Positions 1 through 9,237 of a stretch of 64,000 nt of DNA are shown piece after piece. Numbering within the stretch: the first letter of the stretch is position 1; every line of letters begins with the position of its first letter. The translations under genes and the position numbers were made by a program. The stretch comes from Planctomycetota bacterium. Its GTDB lineage: Bacteria > Planctomycetota > UBA8108 > SXIK01. The notes beneath the pieces are model-generated. The model was not told the origin of the DNA, did not search any database, and saw only the letters and a program-made list of their open reading frames with translations. The DNA lies in assembly GCA_965223845.1 (NCBI GenBank), contig CBDCXR010000004.1, forward strand, positions 2,560,001 to 2,624,000, in the 5' to 3' direction.

Positions 1-281
1 CGTTCGTTCGTACCGAGCTCGAGCACCGCGAGCGTTGCCAGACCGCTGGTCCCCACCGTCCAGGTGTGATACGTCGCCGGATTGGCGAAGGCGCTGGTAA
101 ACGTCGCATTGCGGACGCCTCCCCACGACCCGTCCTTTCGCTGCGACTCGAGGAGATATTCAACGCCCCGATCCATGGCGCGCCGAACGTCCTTCTCCGA
201 GCTGTCGGCTTCCGTCCCGCCGCGAGATTCGGCGCCGAGCGGCGCCGTCGCTAGGAGGACGGCACAGAGAAACCGGCTCAT
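1..281 (-). CDS. Secreted prenyltransferase/squalene-oxidase (QW) repeat protein, 5' part only (runs off the window edge)
   Basis: Not in the ORF track. Hand translation from ATG 281: MSRFLCAVLLATAPLGAE...DVRRAMDRGVEYLLESQRKDGSWGG. Signal peptide plus a QxxDGSW repeat. The ATG overlaps the upstream gene's stop (ATGA). Confidence 0.75.
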   Translation of the reverse strand, partial: MSRFLCAVLLATAPLGAESRGGTEADSSEKDVRRAMDRGVEYLLESQRKDGSWGGVRNATFTSAFANPATYHTWTVGTSGLATLAVLELGTNE

Positions 282-1045
282 TCCTTGGCCTCTTCCTTGC
301 TCTCCTCGTCCTCGATCTTCTCTTCGAGCTTCTCGAGCTGCTCCTTGAGGTCGTCCAGCTCGGCCTCGGCGCTCATCTTGGCGATCTCCTTGAGCAACGC
401 CCCGGCCTCCGCATCTCGCTCGGCCTTCTCCACTGCGGCGCGTTTCTTGGCGACGTCGAGTTCGAGCGTGGCCTGCTCGCGAGGGAGCTCGTGCCCCTTG
501 AGAGCTTCGAACTCTTTCTCCTGGATGCGGATCTGCTGACGACTGCGCTCGGCGTTGCGCTTGCCGCGGTTGATGACGAACTCGGCGGTACGATCCTCCA
601 GATCCTGCTCCTCATACATGATCTCGATCTGTTTGAGCTCTTCTGCTGCCTCCTGGGCGCGATCCTTGACCCGTTGAAGGTTGAGCTCCTCCTGGGCGAT
701 CCGGTTCGGCGCATCGATCCCCACGAACTGCGCGAGCTTTCCCGTGGCGATCTTGAGCTCCATGTTCGCGTGATCGACGGCCTGTCGCGAGTCGATCTCC
801 TGCGCCGCGGCATTGACCTCCGCCTGCTTCAACTTCGCGACCGCGATTTCCAGCTTGCGCTTGATGCTCCCGAGCTTCGCTTCCGGATTCTCCTCAGGTT
901 TCTTGGCGTCCGACTGGGCGGCCCCTTTCTTTTCGTCCTTGGCTCCGGAGGCGCTCGCTGCATTCCCGTCCAGGAAGGAGCGTCCCAACAAGGCCCCGAC
1001 CGCAATCAAGATAACGATCCCGATCAGACTGCTTCGTGAATCCAT
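278..1045 (-). CDS. Membrane-anchored coiled-coil protein (similar to the helical hairpin of HlyD/periplasmic adaptors)
   Basis: N-terminal hydrophobic helix, then a long E/K/A/R-rich heptad region. AGGAGGAG RBS before ATG 1045. Confidence 0.6.
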   Translation of the reverse strand: MDSRSSLIGIVILIAVGALLGRSFLDGNAASASGAKDEKKGAAQSDAKKPEENPEAKLGSIKRKLEIAVAKLKQAEVNAAAQEIDSRQAVDHANMELKIATGKLAQFVGIDAPNRIAQEELNLQRVKDRAQEAAEELKQIEIMYEEQDLEDRTAEFVINRGKRNAERSRQQIRIQEKEFEALKGHELPREQATLELDVAKKRAAVEKAERDAEAGALLKEIAKMSAEAELDDLKEQLEKLEEKIEDEESKEEAKE

Positions 1046-1374
1046 TGCTCCTCCTTGAGAGAGTCGGATGGTGCTGAGTACGCATGAGATGAGGTGTTCG
1101 CGCAGGTCACGCCTACCACAAGGACACCAGAGGGTCTGGGAGGGTCACCTAAGCTCTGCCCCGCGGGTCCGTTCGACTACCGCGAATTCGAGACCGCGAG
1201 CGCAGGCACGCGAATTCCCGTTTCCACTGGTGATTCTCTTCCAATGAAAGACAGAAATCCACGAGGTCATCGGATCGAGGTTCGAGAAGAAGCGGTGGGA
1301 TCGCTCTTTGTTCTTCTCAGGCCTACGCTCCCGACCTCAAGCGTACAGTCGATCGTCAGCTCCGCGCCGCAGAA

Positions 1375-4300
1375 TCACTCGCCGTCAAACAGCGTGAGCT
1401 GAGTGAATTCCGGCCGAGCGCGTCGCTTCCCCCGAGCGCGCTCTTCGCCGACGAGACTGCCTTCGATCGCATCGACGAACGGAGATCGTTTTCGTACGCG
1501 TGATCGACCATGGCGCGCTCTCTTCTTCGCGTGGAGAAGGACGAGCCGCTCGCGCGCTCGCGTCATCCCCACGAAGAAGAGACGCCGCTCTTCCGAGACG
1601 TCAATCGCGTCGTCGTCGCCGAAGCGCAGCGGCACTAGACCGTCTTCACAGCCCGCGATACAGACGAAGGGAAACTCGAGTCCTTTCGCAGCGTGGAGCG
1701 TGAGGAGAGAGACGCGGTCGGCACGAGGATCCCAGTAGTCGGCATCGGTCGTGAGCGCGACGTCTTTGGCGAAGGCCTCGAGATCGCGTCCACTCCGCTC
1801 GGCATAAGGCGTGAGAAGGGGCAATACGCGATCGGCAGATTCGCCCACTACGCGAGCCGCGGCTTTGAGCATCTCGAGGACGGAGCTGTCCCTCGCGTCA
1901 ACTTCGCTTGTCTGCAACGCTGTGAGAAGCTGCTGAATCTCCGGCCTTTCAACGAATCGCTCGTGCGAGTTTCGCTGATACGGGATTCCGGATCGATCCA
2001 GCGCCTCCGAGATCGCATCCGCCTGTCGATCGGTGCGGTAGAGGATCGCGAGGTCGCCGAAGGACAGCCCATCGGCCACCGGTTCGGCATCGCCCGAGGC
2101 GACGCGCCCGCTGTCGAGCGAAAAGAATGTCGATCCGCCGATGGCTCGCTCGATCTGCTCGACGATCGCCTCGGCTTCAGCGCGCTCGCTCGCGCACTCT
2201 CGAAGCACGACCGGCTCGCCGCGCTCCCCAACCGCGGACAGGGATCGACCGGGAACGAGCGTCGTCGGCGCGACCATCTGCTGAGCCGCATCGACGATGA
2301 CCCCCGACGATCGATAGTTCCGCGTGAGCGTCACGGTTCGCGCACCCGGATAGTCCTCGGTGAAGCGCTGAAAGATCCCGACATCACTCCCCCGAAATCC
2401 GTAAATCGACTGATCCGGATCCCCGATGGCGCAGATGTTTGCTCCCGGCGGAGCGAGGTGGCGAAGGAAGCGGTACTGGAGAGGATCGACGTCCTGATAC
2501 TCGTCGACCGCGATCCACGAGTGCCGAGCGCGGACGGTCTCGGCGAGATCCGCACGCGCGTCGAAGAGGCGCACCGGAAGCGCAATCAGGTCGTCGAAAT
2601 CGATGAGGTCCCGCTCGCGCATAGATCGCTCGTACTCCGCGAGAGTATCGCCGGACGCGCGCGATTCCCGCTTCTCCCGCGAGAGTTCACGCGCTGAGAT
2701 GCGAGCGTCCCGCTCCGAGAGCGCAAAGACTTCGCGCAGGAGCTCGATCTGCTCGTCCGCACCCACGCACCGCGGGACGACATCAAATCCAAGCTCGGCG
2801 TGAAACTCCTCGACGATTCCGAGTCCGAAGCGATGGAACGTGGCTGCGATGATGCGTTCGGCCGCAGAGCCGAGAAGAGAGTCGAGACGCTCACGGAGCT
2901 CGGCGGCGGCGCGTCGCGTGAACGTGATCGCGAGACAACTCTCCGGTGCGACATTCCGGTTTGCGATGAGATGGGCTAAGCGGTGAGTGAGCGTTCGCGT
3001 CTTTCCGGTCCCGGGGCCCGCCACGATGAGAAGGGGCCCGTTCCCCGCGTTCGCTGCCGCTAGTTGATCAGGGTCGAGCGCGTCGAGGATGCCGTCGCCC
3101 CTCTCGCGCGAAGGCGACGACCCCGGCGGGACAGCGGTCGCACCGGCCCCGTCGTCGCGCGCGCTTGCGCGCCCCCGATGCTCAACGGTCTCTGCGGCTA
3201 CCGCAGTCGGCGACGTTCCCGCCTCGACGGGAGCCGGCGCGGGCTCCGCCGCCGAGCTCGGAGGCGAAGCGGCATCGATGAGATCGAAGAGGAGAGACGC
3301 GTGAGACTTGCGCTCGAGTTCACTCGGATCGAACAAGCGGATCGTGCCGTATTCCCCGTCGTAGCCGGCATCGCAGCGGACCTCACCCGCGCGCAGTCGT
3401 GCGAGTGCTTCGGCGAGAAGCGAGGACGATTGACGCTCGATGTCGTCGAGGGGCGCGTCTTCGAGGATGAACAGCTCAGGTCCCAAGCGATGGAGCAGAG
3501 CTTCGTAGCGCTTCTGCACTGCCTTGCTCTTCGGGCCGACCCCCTGAATCTCCGAGAGAATCTCCTCGAGCGGAACGAGATTGCGAAACGGCATGTCGCG
3601 AGGCGGCGTCTCGTCCTTCGCGCGATCAGCGAGCTCGCTCACTCGGTGCATCACGCCGAGTGTGAGCGGTTTCCCGCAAACGCCGCAGACGCCTCCATCC
3701 CGCCGGCTCTCGTCCGGCTCCTGCCGCACGCCGCACTTCCGGTGTCCGTCGAGGTGGTACTTGCCCTCCTCGGGAAAAAACTCGACCGTTCCGCCGTAGC
3801 CGTCCCCTGTCTTGAGGGCGTCCCGCATCGCGAAGTAGTCGAGTTCGGTGTCGAACACACACGCCTCGCGACCGAGCTTCGGCGGCGAGTGCGCGTCGGA
3901 GTTGGAGACGAGCGTGTAGCGGTCGAGATGGGAGACTCTCCCGATCATCGGCGGATCCGCCGAAAGCCCAGTCTCGAGCGCGAAGATCTCGCTCGTCAGG
4001 TCGCCGTAGCAGTGCTCGACGGTGTCGAAGCCCGACTTCGACCCGAGGACGGCGAACCACGGTGTCCAAATGTGCGCCGGGACGAGGTAACACCCGTCTC
4101 CACCTTCGAGCGTAATCTCGAGGAGATGGCGCGAATCGAGCCCGAGGATCGGCCGGCCATCCGACGCGAGATTGCCGATGCGCGCGAGGCTCGCGGTGAT
4201 CGCTCGCGCCTTGTCGAGGTCCGGCGCGTAGATGAGATGGTGGACCTTCCGCGTTCGCTCGTCCTTCTTGTAAATCGTCGAGATCTCGACTTCGAGCATG

Positions 4301-4563
4301 AAGCGAACCGGCTCTCCACCGCGAGCACCGAGCCAGCCGTCGACGAGGCTCTCGAGGTCGGGACGCAGGCGAAAGAGTCCCGGCTCGGCCGGAACGAGCT
4401 TCTCCTCGAGCTCGCGAAACCACTGAGGGTGCGTGAAGTCGCCGGTTGCGACGACCCCGATGCCCTTCTTCTGAGCCCAAAGTGCGAGGTGCTCGAGATC
4501 GAGGTCGCGACTCGTCGCACGCGAGAACTTCGAGTGAACGTGCAAATCTGCGTAGAACGCCAC
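1375..4563 (-). CDS. PHP/endonuclease Q-like nuclease fused to a UvrD/REP (SF1A) helicase
   Basis: N-terminus ADLHVHSKFSRATS, TGDFTHP, PAHIWTPW, SNSDAHS, GKYHLDGHRKC..CGVCG (EndoQ-type PHP domain with Zn finger). C-terminus AGPGTGKT, VDEYQD, IGDPDQSIYGFRG, NYRS, TLHAAKGLEF, EERRLFFVGMTRA. Start set at GTG 4563 after AGGTGG. Confidence 0.9.
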   Translation of the reverse strand: MAFYADLHVHSKFSRATSRDLDLEHLALWAQKKGIGVVATGDFTHPQWFRELEEKLVPAEPGLFRLRPDLESLVDGWLGARGGEPVRFMLEVEISTIYKKDERTRKVHHLIYAPDLDKARAITASLARIGNLASDGRPILGLDSRHLLEITLEGGDGCYLVPAHIWTPWFAVLGSKSGFDTVEHCYGDLTSEIFALETGLSADPPMIGRVSHLDRYTLVSNSDAHSPPKLGREACVFDTELDYFAMRDALKTGDGYGGTVEFFPEEGKYHLDGHRKCGVRQEPDESRRDGGVCGVCGKPLTLGVMHRVSELADRAKDETPPRDMPFRNLVPLEEILSEIQGVGPKSKAVQKRYEALLHRLGPELFILEDAPLDDIERQSSSLLAEALARLRAGEVRCDAGYDGEYGTIRLFDPSELERKSHASLLFDLIDAASPPSSAAEPAPAPVEAGTSPTAVAAETVEHRGRASARDDGAGATAVPPGSSPSRERGDGILDALDPDQLAAANAGNGPLLIVAGPGTGKTRTLTHRLAHLIANRNVAPESCLAITFTRRAAAELRERLDSLLGSAAERIIAATFHRFGLGIVEEFHAELGFDVVPRCVGADEQIELLREVFALSERDARISARELSREKRESRASGDTLAEYERSMRERDLIDFDDLIALPVRLFDARADLAETVRARHSWIAVDEYQDVDPLQYRFLRHLAPPGANICAIGDPDQSIYGFRGSDVGIFQRFTEDYPGARTVTLTRNYRSSGVIVDAAQQMVAPTTLVPGRSLSAVGERGEPVVLRECASERAEAEAIVEQIERAIGGSTFFSLDSGRVASGDAEPVADGLSFGDLAILYRTDRQADAISEALDRSGIPYQRNSHERFVERPEIQQLLTALQTSEVDARDSSVLEMLKAAARVVGESADRVLPLLTPYAERSGRDLEAFAKDVALTTDADYWDPRADRVSLLTLHAAKGLEFPFVCIAGCEDGLVPLRFGDDDAIDVSEERRLFFVGMTRARERLVLLHAKKRARHGRSRVRKRSPFVDAIEGSLVGEERARGKRRARPEFTQLTLFDGE

Positions 4564-4794
4564 CGTGACACCACCTATTTCCACCGCCGAGGTTCGTGCG
4601 TGAGGGTAAAGCGAGAACTCACGCGGAGCGACGTTTTCGCTCCCGGCAGCTCGTCACGACGCACGAGCCGTGTGACCGCGACCGTTGGCCTTAGCTTCCA
4701 CCTCGCCTCCACCGCGCGAGGCATTGTAGTCGCCATCGTGGAAATGACGGGGGCAAAAACGCCGTTGAGCGCGTCGCGTGTCGTCTCCGAGCGC

Positions 4795-5724
4795 TCAGCC
4801 GCGCGGACGGCTCCTAGAGACGACGCGCTCGAAGCATCGACGCACCCACTCCGGGTCGAGAAAGAGCACGTAGACCGCGGCGCAAAACATGAATTCGTAG
4901 ATTCCGAGGAGCACCCAAATCCCGGTGTGGAAAAAAACTCCCATAGCGATCGCGAGCCATCGCAGGCGACGCACGTAGAGAGCGAAGCCAGCGGCGAGCT
5001 CGAAGACGACGACGCTCCAGGTCGCGACGTCGTAGATCCAGCCCGCGAGATCGAGCCGGGCGACCCAGTGGGCTGCAGGCGTGCCCCAGGGCCCGATCAA
5101 GGTCATCCGCATCATCTCGCCCGTCTTCCACGTCGGTTGGAGGAGCTTCCACACCCCCGATCCGAAATAGAGAATCGCAATCTGGAACGCGATCAACCGC
5201 CCCGCCCAGGGAGGGACGAGTTGCGGCTCCATCGAGCCTCCGGCGCGGCGCGATCGCCGGAACGCGGTGAGGGACAAAACCTCATCGAGACGAGCGAAGC
5301 ACGCGAAGAAGAGGATCAAGACGAGGAGGCGGTCGTAGGACGAGTCCTTGATCGCGAGATTGATGCAGAAGTGATAGACGTAGAGGCTGAGCAGAATCGG
5401 TGTCGTCCACGAAGTTCGCACTCCGAGAGTGAAGAGGGCGGCGGCGACGACGAGTGCGCCGAAGAGTAGCTGTGCGCCGACCGGACCCGGTGCGATATCC
5501 GGAAGCACGACGGGCGTGTAGATCCCCGCGCTCGAAAAAAGAAGCTCGACTTCCGGCGCAAGCGGGAGGAAGTATCCGAGGAGATAGAGGCCGAAGAGGA
5601 TGCGAAAGAGTGCGAACCCGTGCGGGGAAATCGGGTCGAACCAGTACGCGTTCCAGCGTCGCGCGACGGCACGACGAAACGAAGCGCGCGGCTCGGGTGG
5701 ATCGTTCTCAGTACGCCCGACCAC
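4795..5724 (-). CDS. HTTM-domain membrane protein (SdpB / vitamin-K-dependent carboxylase N-terminal-like)
   Basis: WNAYWF..FRILFG, LIAFQIAILYFGSGVWKL..W..G, FELAAG, GVFFHTGI; multiple TM helices. Confidence 0.85.
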   Translation of the reverse strand: MVGRTENDPPEPRASFRRAVARRWNAYWFDPISPHGFALFRILFGLYLLGYFLPLAPEVELLFSSAGIYTPVVLPDIAPGPVGAQLLFGALVVAAALFTLGVRTSWTTPILLSLYVYHFCINLAIKDSSYDRLLVLILFFACFARLDEVLSLTAFRRSRRAGGSMEPQLVPPWAGRLIAFQIAILYFGSGVWKLLQPTWKTGEMMRMTLIGPWGTPAAHWVARLDLAGWIYDVATWSVVVFELAAGFALYVRRLRWLAIAMGVFFHTGIWVLLGIYEFMFCAAVYVLFLDPEWVRRCFERVVSRSRPRG

Positions 5725-5727
5725 ACG

Positions 5728-6321
5728 TCACTCCACGAACCATTCGCGGCGCAGCGTCGTGTCGCGCCGTTTCTCGGCGAAGTAGCCATCCGCGCTTCGC
5801 GGCCACTCGAGCGCGTAGATCCTGAGCTCGAGGATGCGTTCACCGGGATGGATCCGTGCGTACCGTTCCTTGATCTTTCGCGCGAGAAACTCCTGGCTCT
5901 TGCGGTGGTTCCAAGTGATGCGACCGATCTCCCGCCTCGCCCACAATCGCTGCATCCGCTCCGGCCGGCGAAACGGCACGTATTCTTCCGGGTCGAGATC
6001 GATCCAGTCCTTGCGCACCTTTCCGTCGACGACTCGCTCGACTCGGCCCGAAATGTACACCTCACGATTCCGCGTCTCGTAGTAGGAGAACATGCCGAAG
6101 ACGAGGAACGCGTCCTCGACTTCGCGCGGAATCGGCGGGCGAAGGTAAGAGGGCAAAGGGCGACCGAGAAACCGAAGCGGTCGCACGATGACAGCGACGT
6201 TCGCGTAGACGACGAGAAGAATAGCGAGCGTGATCGCGACGCGCTTCCAACGCGGAGGACGAACGACCGCGGCAGCGACGTTTCCACTCGCATCGTCTCC
6301 GAGCTCGGCGCGCGCCGGCAT
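5728..6321 (-). CDS. Single-TM partner of the HTTM protein (SdpA/DUF5819-like)
   Basis: N-terminal TM helix followed by an 'FGMFS' motif, resembling the W-x-M-F-A/S of HTTM partner proteins. Ends 3 nt upstream of the HTTM gene start. Confidence 0.55.
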   Translation of the reverse strand: MPARAELGDDASGNVAAAVVRPPRWKRVAITLAILLVVYANVAVIVRPLRFLGRPLPSYLRPPIPREVEDAFLVFGMFSYYETRNREVYISGRVERVVDGKVRKDWIDLDPEEYVPFRRPERMQRLWARREIGRITWNHRKSQEFLARKIKERYARIHPGERILELRIYALEWPRSADGYFAEKRRDTTLRREWFVE

Positions 6322-6324
6322 TCG

Positions 6325-7863
6325 TCAGCGCCTCAGCTTCCGGTCGTCGAGTCGCTCGCCCTTCGGCCGACGGATCGGCATGAGGAGTGCACCGCCCGCT
6401 TCGAGCTCGTCGAAGAGCTGCTTCTTGAGCGGAGCGATACGATCCTGGAACGCGGGGACGGCGATGAGATTGTGCCTTTCGTGGGGATCCGTCTCGAGGT
6501 CGTAGAAACCGTCGAGGTCCCACACTCCATGGTAGTAAATATATTTGTAGCGATTCGTTCGAATCGCGAACGTCGTCGGAGTCGCCGGGAAGTTCCACTC
6601 CCAGTAGTACTCGTAGATGATGTGATCCCGCCACGGCGCGGACTCGCCGCGCAAAAAGGGAAGAAACGAGCGGCCGTCCATCTCCCGAGCCGCGCTGCTC
6701 ACGCCGGCGATATCGAGCAACGTCGGCGCGATGTCGATGTTCTGCACCATGGGAGAGATCTTCGTCCCCGGGCGGATGAGACCCGGGGCGTAAACGAGTA
6801 GCGGTACGCGGATCGACTCCTCGAACGCGTCGCGTTTGTCGTAGAAACCGTGCTCACCTAGCTCGAAGCCGTTGTCGCCCATGTAGAAGACGATCGTCGA
6901 GCGGGACTTGCCCGTTCGATCGAGATGGTCGAGCAGACGCCCGAGGTTTTCATCGAGTCCGTGGACCGTCTCGCAGTACTGCCAGTAAAGATCGTCGAAG
7001 GAGGGAACCGGATCGTTGTCGAACGCTCCGGTTTCCATGTGATCGATCCCGTGAATGCTGTAGCGACGCTCGCGGACCCAGCGCGGCTGAGTGCGGTAGT
7101 TTTCCTCCGTGTTCGCCATCGTCTCGGGATAGCGAATCGTTTTCCCCGCGTAGCGCCCACGATGCCGCGGCGCCGGAAGAAACGGGTAGTGAACGGCCTT
7201 GAATCCGAGGCACAGAAAGAACGGTCGATCGCCTACGCCACCGAGCCACTCGATCGCGCGGTCGGTCAAAATGTCCGTCGTGTACCCTTCGAAACGCTTC
7301 CGTTCGCCGTTGATGTTGAGCGTCGGATCGAAGTAAGTCCCTTGGCCGCGGAAACTGACCCAGTGATCGAATCCCGGCCGGGGCGCGTCGTCGTCGTGAC
7401 CCATGTGCCACTTCCCGACGTACGCGGTCTGGTAACCGGCTTCGCGGAGGAAGTGCGCAGAGAACCGCGTACCTTCGGGCACGGGTCGCTGATTGTCGAC
7501 CACGCGGTGGCGGTGCATGTACCGGCCAGTCAGGATCGTCGCTCGACTCGGCGAGCAGAGGGACGTCGAGACGAAAGCATTTACGACGTGCGCGCCCTCT
7601 CTCGCCATGCGGTCGAGCGCCGGCGTTTCGAGAAAAGCCGGGGCATCCGGCATGAAACGCATGAAGTCGTAGCGATGGTCGTCGCTGAGGACGAAGACGA
7701 TGCTCCGTTTCTGGCTGCCGAGTCCACCGTTCGCATCGTCCGCGGCGAACGCGCCCGGCACAACCAACGCCGCGGCGAGCACCACGCGCGCTGCGCCGAA
7801 CTTACGGACTGCGCAAGACTGCGCCGGCGTCGGTGACCGTTGCCATCGTCGAGTGTTCTCCAT
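6325..7863 (-). CDS. Formylglycine-dependent (S1) sulfatase, exported
   Basis: SDDHR, LCSPSRATILTG (CxPxR), GKWHMG, GDNG..GEHG..DKR, DIAPT, DPHE. Start uncertain (7863 chosen; the ORF extends to 7959). Confidence 0.92.
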   Translation of the reverse strand: MENTRRWQRSPTPAQSCAVRKFGAARVVLAAALVVPGAFAADDANGGLGSQKRSIVFVLSDDHRYDFMRFMPDAPAFLETPALDRMAREGAHVVNAFVSTSLCSPSRATILTGRYMHRHRVVDNQRPVPEGTRFSAHFLREAGYQTAYVGKWHMGHDDDAPRPGFDHWVSFRGQGTYFDPTLNINGERKRFEGYTTDILTDRAIEWLGGVGDRPFFLCLGFKAVHYPFLPAPRHRGRYAGKTIRYPETMANTEENYRTQPRWVRERRYSIHGIDHMETGAFDNDPVPSFDDLYWQYCETVHGLDENLGRLLDHLDRTGKSRSTIVFYMGDNGFELGEHGFYDKRDAFEESIRVPLLVYAPGLIRPGTKISPMVQNIDIAPTLLDIAGVSSAAREMDGRSFLPFLRGESAPWRDHIIYEYYWEWNFPATPTTFAIRTNRYKYIYYHGVWDLDGFYDLETDPHERHNLIAVPAFQDRIAPLKKQLFDELEAGGALLMPIRRPKGERLDDRKLRR

Positions 7864-8004
7864 GGTGCGGATCGCTCCTCGTAAGCTCATCCCTTTGGTT
7901 GGTGCGCCAGGCGACTTCCTCTCGCTCTTACGCCTCACCCTCTCGATTTCTTCCTTCATACTCGTCGCGGTCTTCGGGTGAATCTCCTCCGTGAGGAGAC
8001 CGAG

Positions 8005-9177
8005 TCAAGGCGCATCCGCCGGCGCGAGGAGAGCGAGCTCGTTCGCAGCAGCAACGATGCGCTCGCCCGCAAACTCGATGTCGCCTGCTGACGTCCCCGG
8101 CCCGATCGAAAACCGCACCGCACCGCGCACGAGCGCGCTCGCGACTCCCATCGCCTCGAGCACGTGCGATGGGCGACCCGCGCCCACGGAGCACGCACTC
8201 GCCGTCGACGCCGCAACACCGACCGAGTCGAGACGGCGGACGAGCGCCTCGCCGGTGACCCGCGGGAAGGAAACGTTCAGGACCGTACCGACCTCCGCGG
8301 CCGCCGCTCGAGGCGCGTGGACGACGGTCCCCTCGACGCCGCCTTCGACGAGCTCTCTCAGTCGATCGCGTCGAGCGCGCCGTTCGGGCGTCACCCGCAC
8401 TCGCTCCGCTTCGGCGACCTCGACCGCCCTTGCGAAACCGATCGCTCCCGCGACGTTTTCCGTCCCGGCCCGCCGACCGCCCTCTTGTTTCCCGCCGAGA
8501 AGATGCGGCGCACAACCGACGCCGCGCCGAACGAGGAGTGCACCGGCTCCCTTGGGGCCGCCGATCTTGTGTGCAGATAGACTCACGAGATCCACCGGCC
8601 ACCTCGCAAGGTCGATCGGGACTTTGCCGAGAGCCTGCACCGCGTCGACGTGAAACGCCGCGCCGTGCCGCTGCACGATGTTCCCGATCGCTTCCGTGTC
8701 GAGGAGCACGCCCGTTTCGTTGTTCACCGACATCACGCTGACGAGTCGCGTCGCGGGTCGAATCGCTCCTCGCACCGAGTCCGGATCTACGGCGCCGGTG
8801 GGGAGCGCCGGAACGACGGTGATCTCGACTCCGAACGACCTCAGGACGTCGGCGGTAGCGAGAGTTGCTGCGTGCTCGACCGCACTCCAAACGACGTGCA
8901 CGGAATCACGCTCGATCTCGTCGAGAGCCGTTCGCACGACACCGAGGATCGCGGCGTTGATCGCTTCCGTCCCGCCCGACGTAAAGAGAAGATCGAATCC
9001 ACTCGCTCCGAGAGCGTCCCGCAGCGCTTCACGCGCGCCTTCGAGGGCGGCTCGCGCGCGCTTCCCTTCGGCGTGAATCGAGCTGGGATTCCCGAAATTG
9101 CCGCTCGTCTCCGCCATCGCCGCCGCCACCTCCTCGCGGAGCGGCGTGGTCGCGGCGTGGTCGAGATACACCCTCAT
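8005..9177 (-). CDS. iscS: Cysteine desulfurase, IscS/NifS family
   Basis: YLDHAATT, GNPSSIH, FTSGGTE, NNETG, DAVQA, SAHKIGGPKG (PLP lysine), STASAC (catalytic Cys). Start at ATG 9177. Confidence 0.9.
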   Translation of the reverse strand: MRVYLDHAATTPLREEVAAAMAETSGNFGNPSSIHAEGKRARAALEGAREALRDALGASGFDLLFTSGGTEAINAAILGVVRTALDEIERDSVHVVWSAVEHAATLATADVLRSFGVEITVVPALPTGAVDPDSVRGAIRPATRLVSVMSVNNETGVLLDTEAIGNIVQRHGAAFHVDAVQALGKVPIDLARWPVDLVSLSAHKIGGPKGAGALLVRRGVGCAPHLLGGKQEGGRRAGTENVAGAIGFARAVEVAEAERVRVTPERRARRDRLRELVEGGVEGTVVHAPRAAAAEVGTVLNVSFPRVTGEALVRRLDSVGVAASTASACSVGAGRPSHVLEAMGVASALVRGAVRFSIGPGTSAGDIEFAGERIVAAANELALLAPADAP

Positions 9178-9237
9178 GGGTATCGATCGTACCGCGGTCG
9201 TCGCGCCCGATTCCACTCCGGCGCGACGCGCCCGCAC

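Noticed and set aside
1046-1374. Lower-GC intergenic stretch with a 102-aa ORF (1094-1402)
   Set aside because: No motif, RBS or structure recognised; most likely promoter region.
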